A stretch of 64,000 bases of DNA from an uncultured Planctomycetota bacterium. Its GTDB lineage: Bacteria; Planctomycetota; SKW154; DAOVDS01. Below, in pieces: positions 18,485 to 27,693 of this stretch. Both the position numbers and the translations under genes were made by a program. Position 1 is the first letter of the stretch. The number at the start of each line of letters is the position of its first letter. The notes under the pieces were generated by a model. The model was given only the letters and a program-made list of their open reading frames with translations, was not told the origin of the DNA and searched no databases. The DNA lies in contig CAZXNM010000010.1 of NCBI GenBank assembly GCA_964641955.1, positions 65 through 64,064 of the forward strand, in the 5' to 3' direction.

Positions 18485-19747
18485 ATGCGTTCCCTGTTAG
18501 TATTGCCGCTGTGCCTGCTGCTTGCAGCGCCCGTCCTGGCTGACACGGTCGTCATGAAGGACGGCGGGAAAATAGTCGGGAAGGTCACCGTGACCCGGAC
18601 CGACGTGGTGGTGGATATCAGGCCCGGCATGAGGGTCGCCTTCCCCAAGGAGCAGGTCAAGCAGATAATCTTCGAGGATACTCCGCGCGAGGTCTTCCAG
18701 CAGAAGTTCGCCGCGCTCGGCGACAAGGATGCGCCTGGGTTCTACAGCCTCGGCATGTGGGCGAAAAATAAGGGCCTCAAGGAGGAGGCGAAGCTCTGCT
18801 TCGAGAAGGTCATCGGCATAGAGCCGGACCACACCGCCGCCCGCAAGGAACTGGGCTATGTCCGGCACGAAGGCAAGTGGCTGCCCTACGACGAGGCGAT
18901 GAAGGCGAAGGGGCTTATCGAGTACGACGGGCGCTGGGTCACACCCGAACAGAAGGAGAAGCTCGAAAAGAGGGATAAAATCGAGGCTCTCAAGAAGCAG
19001 GTGAAGCGCCTGCTCAATCGCCTTGCAAGCACCGACAAGAAGGTGGTTGACAAGGCGGTCGAGGAATACATGAAGATAAGGGACCCGCTCGCCGTGCCCG
19101 CCCTGGACGAAGGGGCAAAACACAGAAAGGGATTTATCCGCTTCCTCACGGTGAACCTCTACGCCGAGTTCGCTCCCGAACTCGTAACCGACTCGCTCGT
19201 ATCGCGCGCCGTGGCCGATTCCGACGAGCGCATAAGGACGAAAGCCGTCGAGGTGCTGCGCAAGATAAAAAGCAAGACGGCCTATATCGGCGTGCTCAAG
19301 AACTTCTACTACAACCCGAACGGCGACGTGCGGCTGTGGGCGATGGAGGCGCTCGGCGCGCTCAAGGACAAGAACTCCATCGAGCCGCTCATCGAATCGG
19401 TCGCCTACAACGTCCGCAGGGTCGTAACAATTCCCGACTCCACGCCCGACACGTTCATCGGCACCCAGGCAAGGAAAGTCATTGGCGTACGGAGGATGGC
19501 GGACGCTTTCGGACGGGTCGTGGAGGTGCCGATAATCGGCGATGTTACGTCCGGCTTCGGCGGCGGGGCGAAGCAGGCGGTCGTCGATGATGTGATTTTC
19601 AACCTCGGGGCGAGGCTTGCGCTGCGAGCGATTACGGACCAGGACCACAACTACGACAAGAACGCATGGCGCAAGTGGTGGAAGGAAAACAAGGACAAGT
19701 ACGGCCCGTTCATGGAAAAAAAGAAGAAGGATGACGACGACGAATAA
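18485..19747 (+). CDS. Secreted HEAT-repeat (PBS-lyase-like) protein with an N-terminal beta-module and TPR-like region
   Basis: ATG at 18485 with AGGAGG at spacing 7. Signal peptide MRSLLVLPLCLLLAAPVLA. Repeats such as ERIRTKAVEVLRKIKS and DVRLWAMEALGALKD. Acidic/basic tail KKKKDDDDE. Confidence 0.6.
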   Translation: MRSLLVLPLCLLLAAPVLADTVVMKDGGKIVGKVTVTRTDVVVDIRPGMRVAFPKEQVKQIIFEDTPREVFQQKFAALGDKDAPGFYSLGMWAKNKGLKEEAKLCFEKVIGIEPDHTAARKELGYVRHEGKWLPYDEAMKAKGLIEYDGRWVTPEQKEKLEKRDKIEALKKQVKRLLNRLASTDKKVVDKAVEEYMKIRDPLAVPALDEGAKHRKGFIRFLTVNLYAEFAPELVTDSLVSRAVADSDERIRTKAVEVLRKIKSKTAYIGVLKNFYYNPNGDVRLWAMEALGALKDKNSIEPLIESVAYNVRRVVTIPDSTPDTFIGTQARKVIGVRRMADAFGRVVEVPIIGDVTSGFGGGAKQAVVDDVIFNLGARLALRAITDQDHNYDKNAWRKWWKENKDKYGPFMEKKKKDDDDE

Positions 19748-19765
19748 CGTTCCCGGAGGCCCGGC

Positions 19766-20764
19766 ATGAGAAGAATCCTCCCGTTAGGCGCCGCCGTCGC
19801 GGTCGCCGCGCTGCTGTCGCTCACCGTCCTTGCGCAGGAAAAGCCCGACAGGGAACCCGCTGACAAGCCCGCGGAAAAGCCGTTCACCCTGCCGGAGCAG
19901 CAAGACAAAATGATCGAGATGGAGAAGCTGCTCTCGAAACTCTACCAGCATCTCGCCAACGGCGACGACGAGAATGCACTCGCAACGCACGAGAAGATGA
20001 AAAAGCTCCATGAGACGCTCGAACAGGGCAGAATCACCAAGCCGGAATACAAGGAGCGGATGGCCAAGAGCTGGGCGCTCGCGCTCGAGAAGATGGGCGA
20101 CAAGCTCAAGCAGGCGAAGCCGGAAGAGAAACAGCCCTCGGAGCCCGAGAAGAAACCGGAAGACAAGCCTGCTGAGGAGCCGAAGAAGGCCGAGAAGAAA
20201 AAGCCGGAAGGGTCTGAGTATTTCCCGCTGGAGCCGGGCACGTCGTGGACGTACCGCTCGCCGGGCGGAGCAGAGGCGCTCGTCAACGTCAGCAGGACGG
20301 AAAAATACAAGGACAAGGAATGTGTCGTGACGGAGACTGTCTCGGCGCTGAAGATAGTGCAGCGCCAGTGGCTCCACGTCAGCGACGACGGTATCTACAT
20401 CATGAAGAACTGGAACCCAAGAGCGGTCGAGGAGTACGCCAAGCCGTTCCCGAGGGCAAAGTTCCCGTTCAAGAAGGGGCAGAACTGGAGCTGGACCGGC
20501 AGGATGTCGGGCCGGGACGTGTCGTACTCTTTCCGGGTCGAGGGCGAGAAGACGGTGCAGGTGCCCGCGGGCAAATTCACGGGTCTCGAAATCATAACTA
20601 TAATCAAGGTAAACCGGGAACTCACCACGATAAAGGAGGTGTTCGCGCCGGGGGTCGGGCTTGTCTGCCTGGAGCGCGAGCTTCCCAACCGCAGGCAGAA
20701 GCAGAAGATAGAACTCGTCAAATATTCCACTCCCGACGGCAAGAAGGAAGACAAGAAGAAGTAA
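19766..20764 (+). CDS. Secreted hypothetical protein, distant paralog of the 45687..49452 tandem family
   Basis: Signal peptide and a Lys/Glu/Pro-rich linker. Segments EYFPLEPGTSWTYR, VPAGKFTG and FAPGVGLVCL parallel FLQLAKGNYWKY, TPAGTFKGC and WWAKGVGLVKL of the tandem paralogs. Confidence 0.5.
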   Translation: MRRILPLGAAVAVAALLSLTVLAQEKPDREPADKPAEKPFTLPEQQDKMIEMEKLLSKLYQHLANGDDENALATHEKMKKLHETLEQGRITKPEYKERMAKSWALALEKMGDKLKQAKPEEKQPSEPEKKPEDKPAEEPKKAEKKKPEGSEYFPLEPGTSWTYRSPGGAEALVNVSRTEKYKDKECVVTETVSALKIVQRQWLHVSDDGIYIMKNWNPRAVEEYAKPFPRAKFPFKKGQNWSWTGRMSGRDVSYSFRVEGEKTVQVPAGKFTGLEIITIIKVNRELTTIKEVFAPGVGLVCLERELPNRRQKQKIELVKYSTPDGKKEDKKK

Positions 20765-20887
20765 TCGCAGCCCACTCAAGTGGTTCCCCAGCGCTTCATC
20801 GAAATGTCTTGACAATCGCCACTCTCATCGCTTGAATTACGCATCCTAATTGACCTTGCAGGTTTTTTTACCGATGGAGGTGCTGCC

Positions 20888-22003
20888 GTGATAATAGGTG
20901 TTCCGAAGGAGATCAAGAACAACGAGTACCGCGTCGGCATGACGCCGGCGGGCGTGGATGTGCTCGTGAGCGAAGGGCACGAGCTGTACGTCGAAACCAG
21001 CGCGGGAGCGGGCACCGGCTTCGACGACGCGGACTACGAGAAGGCCGGCGCGAAGATACTCAAGACCGCGGACGAGGTCTTCAAGAAGGCCGACATGATT
21101 ATCAAAATCAAGGAGCCTCTCGACCCCGAGTTCCCGAGACTCCGCAAGGGCCAGATACTCTTCACGTACCTGCACCTCGCGGGCGACAGGGCGCTTACGG
21201 AGAAGACGCTCGAAACAGGCTGCATAGGCATCGCATACGAGACTATGGAGCTGAAGAACGGCTCTCTGCCGCTGCTTGTGCCGATGAGCGAGGTGGCGGG
21301 CAGGCTCGCTACGGTCGAAGGCGCGAAGTACATGCAACGCACGTTCGGCGGACGCGGGATCTTCCTGGGCGGCGTTCCCGGGACGCAGCCGGCGCAGGTG
21401 CTGGTCCTGGGCGCGGGAATCGTCGGCAGGCACTCGATGCAGATGGCCGTCGGGCTGGGCGCGGACGTGACGATAATGACACGCAACGTGAACAGGCTGC
21501 GCGAAATCGACGCGACATACCAAGGCCGCGTCAAGACCCTGAAGATGACACCGTATTCCGTCAGGGAAGCGGTGACCCAGGCGGACCTGATTGTCGGCAG
21601 CGTTCTCGTGACAGGCGACAAGGCCCCATGGATTATCACCAGGGACATGCTCAAAACGATGCGAAAGGGCGCGGTCATCGTGGACGTGTCAATCGACCAG
21701 GGCGGCTGCTGCGAGACTTCGAAGCCGACGACCCACAGCGAGCCGATTTACGAGGTTGATGGCGTGATTCACTACTGCGTGGCAAACATGCCGGGCTGCG
21801 TGCCGCGGACATCGACTTTCGCGCTCACGAACGAAACCCTGCCCTACGCGGTCGAGATAGCCAACAAGGGCTGGAAGCAGGCCTGCAAGGACAACTACAC
21901 CATAAAGACAGGCCTTAACACGTTCGAGGGCAAGCTTACGTGCAAACCGGTAGCGGATGTGTTCGACATGCCCTTCACGCCGCCGGAGGAAGTCCTGGGA
22001 TAG
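20888..22003 (+). CDS. ald: Alanine dehydrogenase
   Basis: GTG start with GGAGG at spacing 8. [23 protein letters not shown]..., a Rossmann GAGIVG motif, and a 371-aa length typical of Ald. Ends at TAG. Confidence 0.9.
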   Translation: MIIGVPKEIKNNEYRVGMTPAGVDVLVSEGHELYVETSAGAGTGFDDADYEKAGAKILKTADEVFKKADMIIKIKEPLDPEFPRLRKGQILFTYLHLAGDRALTEKTLETGCIGIAYETMELKNGSLPLLVPMSEVAGRLATVEGAKYMQRTFGGRGIFLGGVPGTQPAQVLVLGAGIVGRHSMQMAVGLGADVTIMTRNVNRLREIDATYQGRVKTLKMTPYSVREAVTQADLIVGSVLVTGDKAPWIITRDMLKTMRKGAVIVDVSIDQGGCCETSKPTTHSEPIYEVDGVIHYCVANMPGCVPRTSTFALTNETLPYAVEIANKGWKQACKDNYTIKTGLNTFEGKLTCKPVADVFDMPFTPPEEVLG

Positions 22004-22027
22004 AGCGGCGTTTCTCTTAAAGAAGAA

Positions 22028-22057
22028 GGCGGCAGGCTGAAGCCTGCCGCCTTTTCA
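22028..22057. terminator. Bidirectional intrinsic terminator (GGCGGCAGGC-tgaa-GCCTGCCGCC with T-rich flanks on both strands)
   Basis: 10-bp perfect GC-rich stem with a 4-nt loop, between convergent ald (+) and the GltB-like gene (-). TTTTCAT follows on the plus strand and TCTTCTTTAAG on the minus strand. Confidence 0.6.
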
Positions 22058-22078
22058 TACCTCTGGTGCCGCCTCGAA

Positions 22079-23656
22079 CTAACCCAGAATCTTCTCCACT
22101 TCTTCCCTGTCGAGGTCGCTCACCATCGGTATACCGCTGATTTTCGACGCCTCGGGCGTCAGGGCCGCGAGGTCGTCGCGTGAGATGTGCTCGAGTGCGA
22201 ACTTGCGCGAGCCGCACATGAGCTGGCGCATGCCTTGCGCAAGCCGCTCGTAATAAGTGTAGACACCCAGCGCGGCGGTCGGGATATCCTTGTAGTCGGC
22301 GCCGAACTCGCGCTTGAGGTGTTCGGCGGTGACGAAGATGGATTCCCTGTCCCTGCCGAAGCGCTCGAGGAATATGGGGAGCTGTCCGCTGTCGAGCGCC
22401 TTGCCGATAGTCTTGCCGACCATTGCGGCCGCGAGCGGAGCCCTGGCCATGCCGATTGCCTTGACGTACGGCGCGCCGAGGGCGAAGCACTTGAATATCT
22501 GGTCTTCGAGCACAATGCCGCTGGCGAAGACAATATCGGGCACGTACTCGCCCTTCGCGGCGAGCCTTTCGCAGTACTGGCGCGTGAGCGACCAGAGTTC
22601 GATGGGCGGCACGCCCCACTCGTTCATCATGCGCCACGGGCTCATGCCCGTGCCGCCGCCGGCCGCATCGACCGTCAGGTAGTCTATCTTGCCGAGGGAC
22701 GAGAACTTGACGGCGCGGGCGAGGTCGGCGGGCCTGTAGGCGCCCGTCTTGAGCGTGATGTACTTCGCGCCCGCGTTGCGGAGTTCCTCGACGCGGGCGA
22801 GGAAGCTCTCCTCGGTGACCATGCCTACGCGCGAGTGGCGCTCGAACTCGGTGAATACGCCTTTCTTGAACTCCTCGACGACGTTCGGGTCGAGCGGGTC
22901 GGGCAGTACGACGTAGCCGCGCTTCTTGAGAAGCTGGGCCTTTTCGAGGTTCTTTATCTTTACCTCGCCGCCTATGTCCTTGGCGCCCTGGCCCCACTTG
23001 AGCTCGACGGTGCGAATGCCGAGCTTCTCCAGAGCGTATTCCTGCGCGCCCAGCCGCGTGTCCTCGATGTTCGCCTGCAGGATTATCTCGCCGAAGCCGT
23101 CGCGCTGCCACTTCTGGAAGAGCTTGATGCGCCACTCGAGGTCGGGCGAATGCTGGACGCGACCGTTCTCGATTTTCGACTCGACATCCATGCCGCAGAC
23201 GTTCTCGCCTATCGTGAGCGCTCCTCCCGCAAGAGCGGAGCCGACCGCGAGGCCGTCCCAGTTTATCTTCGCGACGTTAGTGGAACCCAGACCCGGAATG
23301 ATAATGGGGAGACGCAGCTTGATGCCCTTGTCGTGCCCGAGCCTCGCCTCGAGGTTCACATTCGGGAAAATGGCCTTGTCCGAATCGGCCTCGATTCCGA
23401 TTGCTCCGACCGCCGTCCCCATTACGTTGAAGTGCGACAGGTCAACCGGGTAGTCCTTCTGCGAGGCGGTCGTGATAATGCCGAACGGCTGCGGGTAGAT
23501 GACCTCGTGGCCGCGGTAGGCGCTCTTGCCTATCTCGCACATGCCTATGCAGCCATCGACGCAGGTGACGCACATGCCGCTGCCCGGCGACCAGTCACCG
23601 CCCGTCCTGTTCTTCGTCAGCGTTGCCGCCGTCGCGTTGTACCTTGTCAACGTCAT
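22079..23656 (-). CDS. Standalone glutamate-synthase central-domain (FMN/Fe-S, Glu_synthase-family) protein, paralog 1; last gene of the sigma54-controlled operon
   Basis: N-terminal 4-Cys cluster (CVTCVDGCIGMCEIG), then the FMN-binding GltB domain-2 core (MSPWRMMNEWGVP, GG(T)GxSP-like motifs). AAGGAG lies 7 nt before the ATG at 23656. No amidotransferase or GXGXG domains. Confidence 0.8.
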   Translation of the reverse strand: MTLTRYNATAATLTKNRTGGDWSPGSGMCVTCVDGCIGMCEIGKSAYRGHEVIYPQPFGIITTASQKDYPVDLSHFNVMGTAVGAIGIEADSDKAIFPNVNLEARLGHDKGIKLRLPIIIPGLGSTNVAKINWDGLAVGSALAGGALTIGENVCGMDVESKIENGRVQHSPDLEWRIKLFQKWQRDGFGEIILQANIEDTRLGAQEYALEKLGIRTVELKWGQGAKDIGGEVKIKNLEKAQLLKKRGYVVLPDPLDPNVVEEFKKGVFTEFERHSRVGMVTEESFLARVEELRNAGAKYITLKTGAYRPADLARAVKFSSLGKIDYLTVDAAGGGTGMSPWRMMNEWGVPPIELWSLTRQYCERLAAKGEYVPDIVFASGIVLEDQIFKCFALGAPYVKAIGMARAPLAAAMVGKTIGKALDSGQLPIFLERFGRDRESIFVTAEHLKREFGADYKDIPTAALGVYTYYERLAQGMRQLMCGSRKFALEHISRDDLAALTPEASKISGIPMVSDLDREEVEKILG

Positions 23657-23716
23657 GCCCTGACTCCTTTCAAACCTTGCTAGCTATCCTTTGCCTTGAT
23701 TTCTCCTGGTCCCACT

Positions 23717-24382
23717 TTAATAGACTTTGTGGCCCGCGGCTCCCACGCTTTCCGAGCATCCTATGCATATTGGGCACGTCTCTACGGGTTCAAGATTTTG
23801 ACACCCGCCGCAGAGGCCATTGCTGAGACGGCCCGCAAGGCAGGCATTCTCACAAGCGGGGCATACCCACTCGCAGCCCCCGCAGTTGCGGCACTCCTCC
23901 GGCGTCACACCGAATGCAGTAGCCACCCTGCGCTGGTTACCGCGGCCCACAAAGCCTATTCCACCTGATTGCATCTGTTCCTTGCAATACCTGACACAGA
24001 GGCCGCAGAGGATGCAGCCCTTGTCCTTGATTTTGAAGCGTATCTCATTCAGCCCCATGTTAGAGGCCATGTCCTGAAGCGTCTTGGAGTTGGGGCATGA
24101 TGCAATGAGAAGCTCCAATATGACCTTCCGGGCCTTCTTTACGCGCTCTGTGCTCGTCAGAATCACCTGGCCCTGCGCCACCGGCAGGGTGCAGGAGGTC
24201 TCGAGCTTCGATTTCTTGCCCCTCACCACCTCCACAAGGCACATCCTGCACGCGCCGTACGTGCTCAGGCCCGGGTCGTAGCAGAGAGTGGGAATGATTA
24301 TCCCCATCTGCCTTGCAGCTTCGAGGACGGTGGTCCCTTCCTCGGCTCTTACGGGCATCCCGTCGATAGTAAGCTCAACCAT
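23717..24382 (-). CDS. NuoG-N-terminal/HndD-like ferredoxin ([2Fe-2S] plus two [4Fe-4S] motifs)
   Basis: MVELTIDGMPVRAEEGTTVLEAARQMGIIIPTLCY...CRMCLVEV is the 2Fe-2S region. CILCGLCVRYC and CRNCGGCEWVCP are the 4Fe-4S motifs. 221 aa. Confidence 0.7.
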   Translation of the reverse strand: MVELTIDGMPVRAEEGTTVLEAARQMGIIIPTLCYDPGLSTYGACRMCLVEVVRGKKSKLETSCTLPVAQGQVILTSTERVKKARKVILELLIASCPNSKTLQDMASNMGLNEIRFKIKDKGCILCGLCVRYCKEQMQSGGIGFVGRGNQRRVATAFGVTPEECRNCGGCEWVCPACENACLAGRLSNGLCGGCQNLEPVETCPICIGCSESVGAAGHKVY

Positions 24383-24398
24383 GTCAGCTCCATCCCGG

Positions 24399-26258
24399 TT
24401 AAGTTACGATAATAGCCTCGAACTTGCAGCTGTCGCGGCACAGGCCGCATCTTATGCACTTATCCGAATCGATGCTGTGCGGCTTCTTCTTTTCTCCCAA
24501 TATCGCCTCCTGGGGGCACGCCTTCGCGCACCTGCCGCATCCCGTGCATTTCTCCTCGTCAATGGAGAATGTGATAAGCGCCTTGCACGCGCCAGCCGGG
24601 CATCTTTTGTCCCTGATGTGGGCCTCGTACTCGTCGCGGAAGTAGCGAATCGTAGAGAGGACAGGATTCGGTGCCGTCCCGCCCAGAGCGCACAACGCCG
24701 CATCCTTGATGACGCCTCCGAGTTCCTCGAGCAGCTCGATGTCGCCTTCCTTCCCGCGGCCCTCGGTTATATCGGTGAGGATGTCGAGAATCCTATCGAG
24801 GCCCTCGCGGCAGGGAACGCACTTGCCGCAGGACTCTTCGGTCAGGAATTTCGTAAAGTAGCGGGCGAGGTCCACCATGCAGGTGGTCTCGTCCATAACA
24901 ATCATGCCGCCGGAGCCCATCATGGACCCGACCTTCGTAAGCTCGTCGAAGTCCACCGGCGAGTCTATAAGGCTCTCGGGAATGCATCCGCCGGATGGGC
25001 CTCCGGTCTGGACCGCCTTGAACTTCCTCCCGCCCGGGATTCCTCCGCCAATCTCGTATATTATTTCCCGCAGGGTGATGCCCATGGGCACTTCCACGAG
25101 GCCCGTGTTGTTAATCTTTCCCACGAGCGAGAATATCTTGGTGCCCTTGCTGCCCTCGGTGCCAATGCTCGAATACCAGTCGGCCCCCTTGCCGATTATC
25201 AGCGGTATGTTCGCCCAGGTCTCGACGTTGTTGAGGTTGGTTGGCCTGTTGTGCAGGCCGCTGACCACGGTGTGTATGTGTTTCGGCCTGGGCTCGCCAA
25301 TCTTGCCCTCGAGCGAGGCCATGAGCGCAGTTGACTCGCCGCAGACGAACGCGCCGCCGCCGCGCGAGACCTTGATGTCGAAGTTGAACTTCGAGCCCAG
25401 TATCTTCTTTCCCAGCAGCCCGTACTTCTTCGCCTGCTTGAGCGCCTTCTCCAGGTTTTCGACCGCGAGGGGATACTCGTGCCTGACGTAGACGTATCCC
25501 TCGCTGCTGCCTATCGCGTACGCACCTATAATCATGCCCTCGATGACGCTGTGGGGGTTGCCTTCGAGCAGGCTGCGGTCCATGTATGCGCCCGGGTCGC
25601 CCTCGTCCGCATTGCAGATTACGTAGCGGATGCCGTCGTGGGCAGGCGCGTTTCGCGCCGTCTCCCATTTCCTTCCGGTCGGAAATCCGCCGCCCCCGCG
25701 TCCGCGAAGCCCCGACTTCTTCACTTCCTCGATCACTTCCTCGGGCTTCATCTCGAAGAGGACCTTCGACAGCGCGGAATACCCGCCGATTGCCATGTAA
25801 TCTTCAATGCTGGTGGGGTCGATAAAACCGTTGCTGCCGAATACGAGCCTTTTCTGCTTCGCGTAGAATGGCACTTCTTCTTCGAGCTTGATTTTTTCCT
25901 TCGAGACTGGATCCCTGTACAGTAACCTCTCCACAATCCTGCCGTTCGCGAGCGTCTCTGTCACTATCTCGGGCATGTCATTCGGCTCGACCCGCTCGTA
26001 CATTATCTTTTCCGGATGTACCACGACAAGCGGACCGCGCTCGCAGAACCCGTGGCAGCCGGTGAGTTTCATCTCGATGCTGCCGTCGAGTCCCTGCTTC
26101 TTGATTTCCTTCTTGAGCCTGTTCGCGACCTTGACGCAGCCGTAAGCGCGGCATCCCGTGCCGCCGCAGACCGTGACAAGCCTCTTCTGCCTGCCTTTGT
26201 CGCCCTGGAGTCCCGCCCTGAATTCTTCCAGCTCAGTCGCCGACCGCAACTTTTTCAT
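24399..26258 (-). CDS. NuoF/HndC-like NAD(P)H-binding flavoprotein (51-kDa-subunit homolog) with extra ferredoxin domains
   Basis: NAD(H)/FMN motifs (GRGGGGFPTGRKWE, CNADEGDPGA), the SLBB region, the 4Fe-4S motif CGKCVPCREG, and C-terminal 2x[4Fe-4S] (CTGCGRCAKACP, CIRCGLCRDSC). 619 aa. Confidence 0.85.
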   Translation of the reverse strand: MKKLRSATELEEFRAGLQGDKGRQKRLVTVCGGTGCRAYGCVKVANRLKKEIKKQGLDGSIEMKLTGCHGFCERGPLVVVHPEKIMYERVEPNDMPEIVTETLANGRIVERLLYRDPVSKEKIKLEEEVPFYAKQKRLVFGSNGFIDPTSIEDYMAIGGYSALSKVLFEMKPEEVIEEVKKSGLRGRGGGGFPTGRKWETARNAPAHDGIRYVICNADEGDPGAYMDRSLLEGNPHSVIEGMIIGAYAIGSSEGYVYVRHEYPLAVENLEKALKQAKKYGLLGKKILGSKFNFDIKVSRGGGAFVCGESTALMASLEGKIGEPRPKHIHTVVSGLHNRPTNLNNVETWANIPLIIGKGADWYSSIGTEGSKGTKIFSLVGKINNTGLVEVPMGITLREIIYEIGGGIPGGRKFKAVQTGGPSGGCIPESLIDSPVDFDELTKVGSMMGSGGMIVMDETTCMVDLARYFTKFLTEESCGKCVPCREGLDRILDILTDITEGRGKEGDIELLEELGGVIKDAALCALGGTAPNPVLSTIRYFRDEYEAHIRDKRCPAGACKALITFSIDEEKCTGCGRCAKACPQEAILGEKKKPHSIDSDKCIRCGLCRDSCKFEAIIVT

Positions 26259-26748
26259 GCTTCTCGCCCTTCGGTGCTTTCCTGTATTTCTTGAGAATAT
26301 CCTTAACCTTCCCAGGAGTCATCTGGCCGTGGTATGTGCCATCTACGACCACGATGGGGCCGAGCGCACACGCACCGAGGCAGTTGACCGTCTCGAGCGT
26401 AAATTTCATGTCCCCGGACGTCTCGCCGGCCTTGATGCCCAACTCGCGCTGCAGCTCGTCGAGAACAGCCGGCGCTCCGCGAACGTGGCAGGCCGTCCCG
26501 AGGCAGACGCTGACAAGGTGTTCTCCCCTGGGCTTCAGGCTGAACGCCCGGAAGAACGTAGCGACCCCGTAGACCTGGATGTGGGGCAGGTTCAAGCTGT
26601 CGGCAACGCGCCTGAGAGCCTCTTCGGGCAGGTAATGATATTCGGATTGAATATCCTGCAGAATGGAGATAAGCGAGTCGCGGTTCCTGCCGTTTCTGTC
26701 GATTATCTTATCCACCCTTCGGGCAATACCCTCTACTCTCCGTATCAT
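26233..26748 (-). CDS. NuoE/HndA-like thioredoxin-fold [2Fe-2S] protein (24-kDa-subunit homolog)
   Basis: The four Cys of the NuoE cluster are present (CLGTACHVRG...CLGACALGP). Overlaps the nuoF-like start by 26 nt. Confidence 0.8.
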   Translation of the reverse strand: MIRRVEGIARRVDKIIDRNGRNRDSLISILQDIQSEYHYLPEEALRRVADSLNLPHIQVYGVATFFRAFSLKPRGEHLVSVCLGTACHVRGAPAVLDELQRELGIKAGETSGDMKFTLETVNCLGACALGPIVVVDGTYHGQMTPGKVKDILKKYRKAPKGEKHEKVAVGD

Positions 26749-26751
26749 TGT

Positions 26752-27060
26752 CTATGACCTTCCTTCGCTGAGTTTTCTGGCATAGCTTAGGTAGTGCCTG
26801 AGCAGCCACATCTTCTCCATATACTCGCTCCAGCCACACTCGGGCTTGAAGCCCTTTTCCGCCCTCGGAAGCACCATGCATCCTTCGGTCACGCAGCCTT
26901 TCATCTCTTCCCACATGTCAGACCAGACCTTCAGCGCATCCCGCAAAACAGAGGCGGTGACATTCCTGAGATGTCTGAGCTTCTTTTCGGGCGTGCAGAG
27001 TTCTGACAGGAGTTCGCCGTCTTTGCCAACGCCTATCGGTACGTCAAACTTCCCGCGCAT
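26752..27060 (-). CDS. Small conserved hypothetical protein (102 aa), paralog of the upstream gene
   Basis: ATG at 27060 with GAGGAGG at spacing 8; the ORF track extends to 27138. The C-terminal half (ALKVWSDMWEEMKG...LRHYLSYARKLSEG) matches the upstream paralog (ALEIWMEISRACN...LGHYLDYTRRLCDG). Stop lies 3 nt before the nuoE-like start. Confidence 0.45.
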   Translation of the reverse strand: MRGKFDVPIGVGKDGELLSELCTPEKKLRHLRNVTASVLRDALKVWSDMWEEMKGCVTEGCMVLPRAEKGFKPECGWSEYMEKMWLLRHYLSYARKLSEGRS

Positions 27061-27436
27061 CCGTTGTTCCTCCTCTTTTTTCTCGAGCGGCAATTGAGCC
27101 GTCACAGAGCCTTCGTGTATAATCGAGGTAATGCCCAAGCAGGTCGAGCTTCCTCCTCAAATCATCCCAGCCATGCAAAGGAAGCCGACTGGCGGGTTGT
27201 TCATCACCCTCAAGAATTTGCTCAACAGAGCGCACGTCATTACAGGCTCTGGAAATCTCCATCCAGATCTCAAGAGCCTTATTGATGATTGTGGCAGAGA
27301 TTCCCATGAAGTGCCTCATCTGGGCATTTACGCGTTCCATTTCTTTACGGAGATGCTCGTCATGACTGCTCACTGGAGAATCATGCGCATCCTTCAGGTT
27401 GTTACTTCTTCTTACCACCAGAAATAATCCTCTCAC
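27044..27436 (-). CDS. Small conserved hypothetical protein, first gene of the sigma54-controlled operon (start uncertain)
   Basis: GTG at 27436. Internal ATGs at 27340 and at 27307 (the latter with GAGG at spacing 6) are alternative starts. Paralogous to the 26752..27060 product. Confidence 0.4.
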   Translation of the reverse strand: MRGLFLVVRRSNNLKDAHDSPVSSHDEHLRKEMERVNAQMRHFMGISATIINKALEIWMEISRACNDVRSVEQILEGDEQPASRLPLHGWDDLRRKLDLLGHYLDYTRRLCDGSIAAREKRGGTTDAREV

Positions 27437-27693
27437 TTCAGATAATCACTGCCTCTCGCAGGTCCGGGATTTCAACTTCACTGCTGTTGAGGTTTATCTT
27501 CCGAATTGTTTCGTTCCTTCTCCGACAGCGTCGCGGACGGCTTCACCTGCGTATCTTCTTCAAACTCATCGCACTCAAGCACCCAGCCTTCAGGCTTTAT
27601 GTATGTACATGTTCCTCTCTTCTTGCAGCGTTCACAAATGCCCCGGGTCACAGGCAGTTACCTTCTAAAAATTCACAGAAACAGCGCCGAATT

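Noticed and set aside
22187-23683. 498-aa plus-strand ORF and the 372-aa minus ORF 22017..23135
   Set aside because: One is antisense and one off-frame relative to the Glu_synthase-family gene, which has a proper RBS and conserved motifs.
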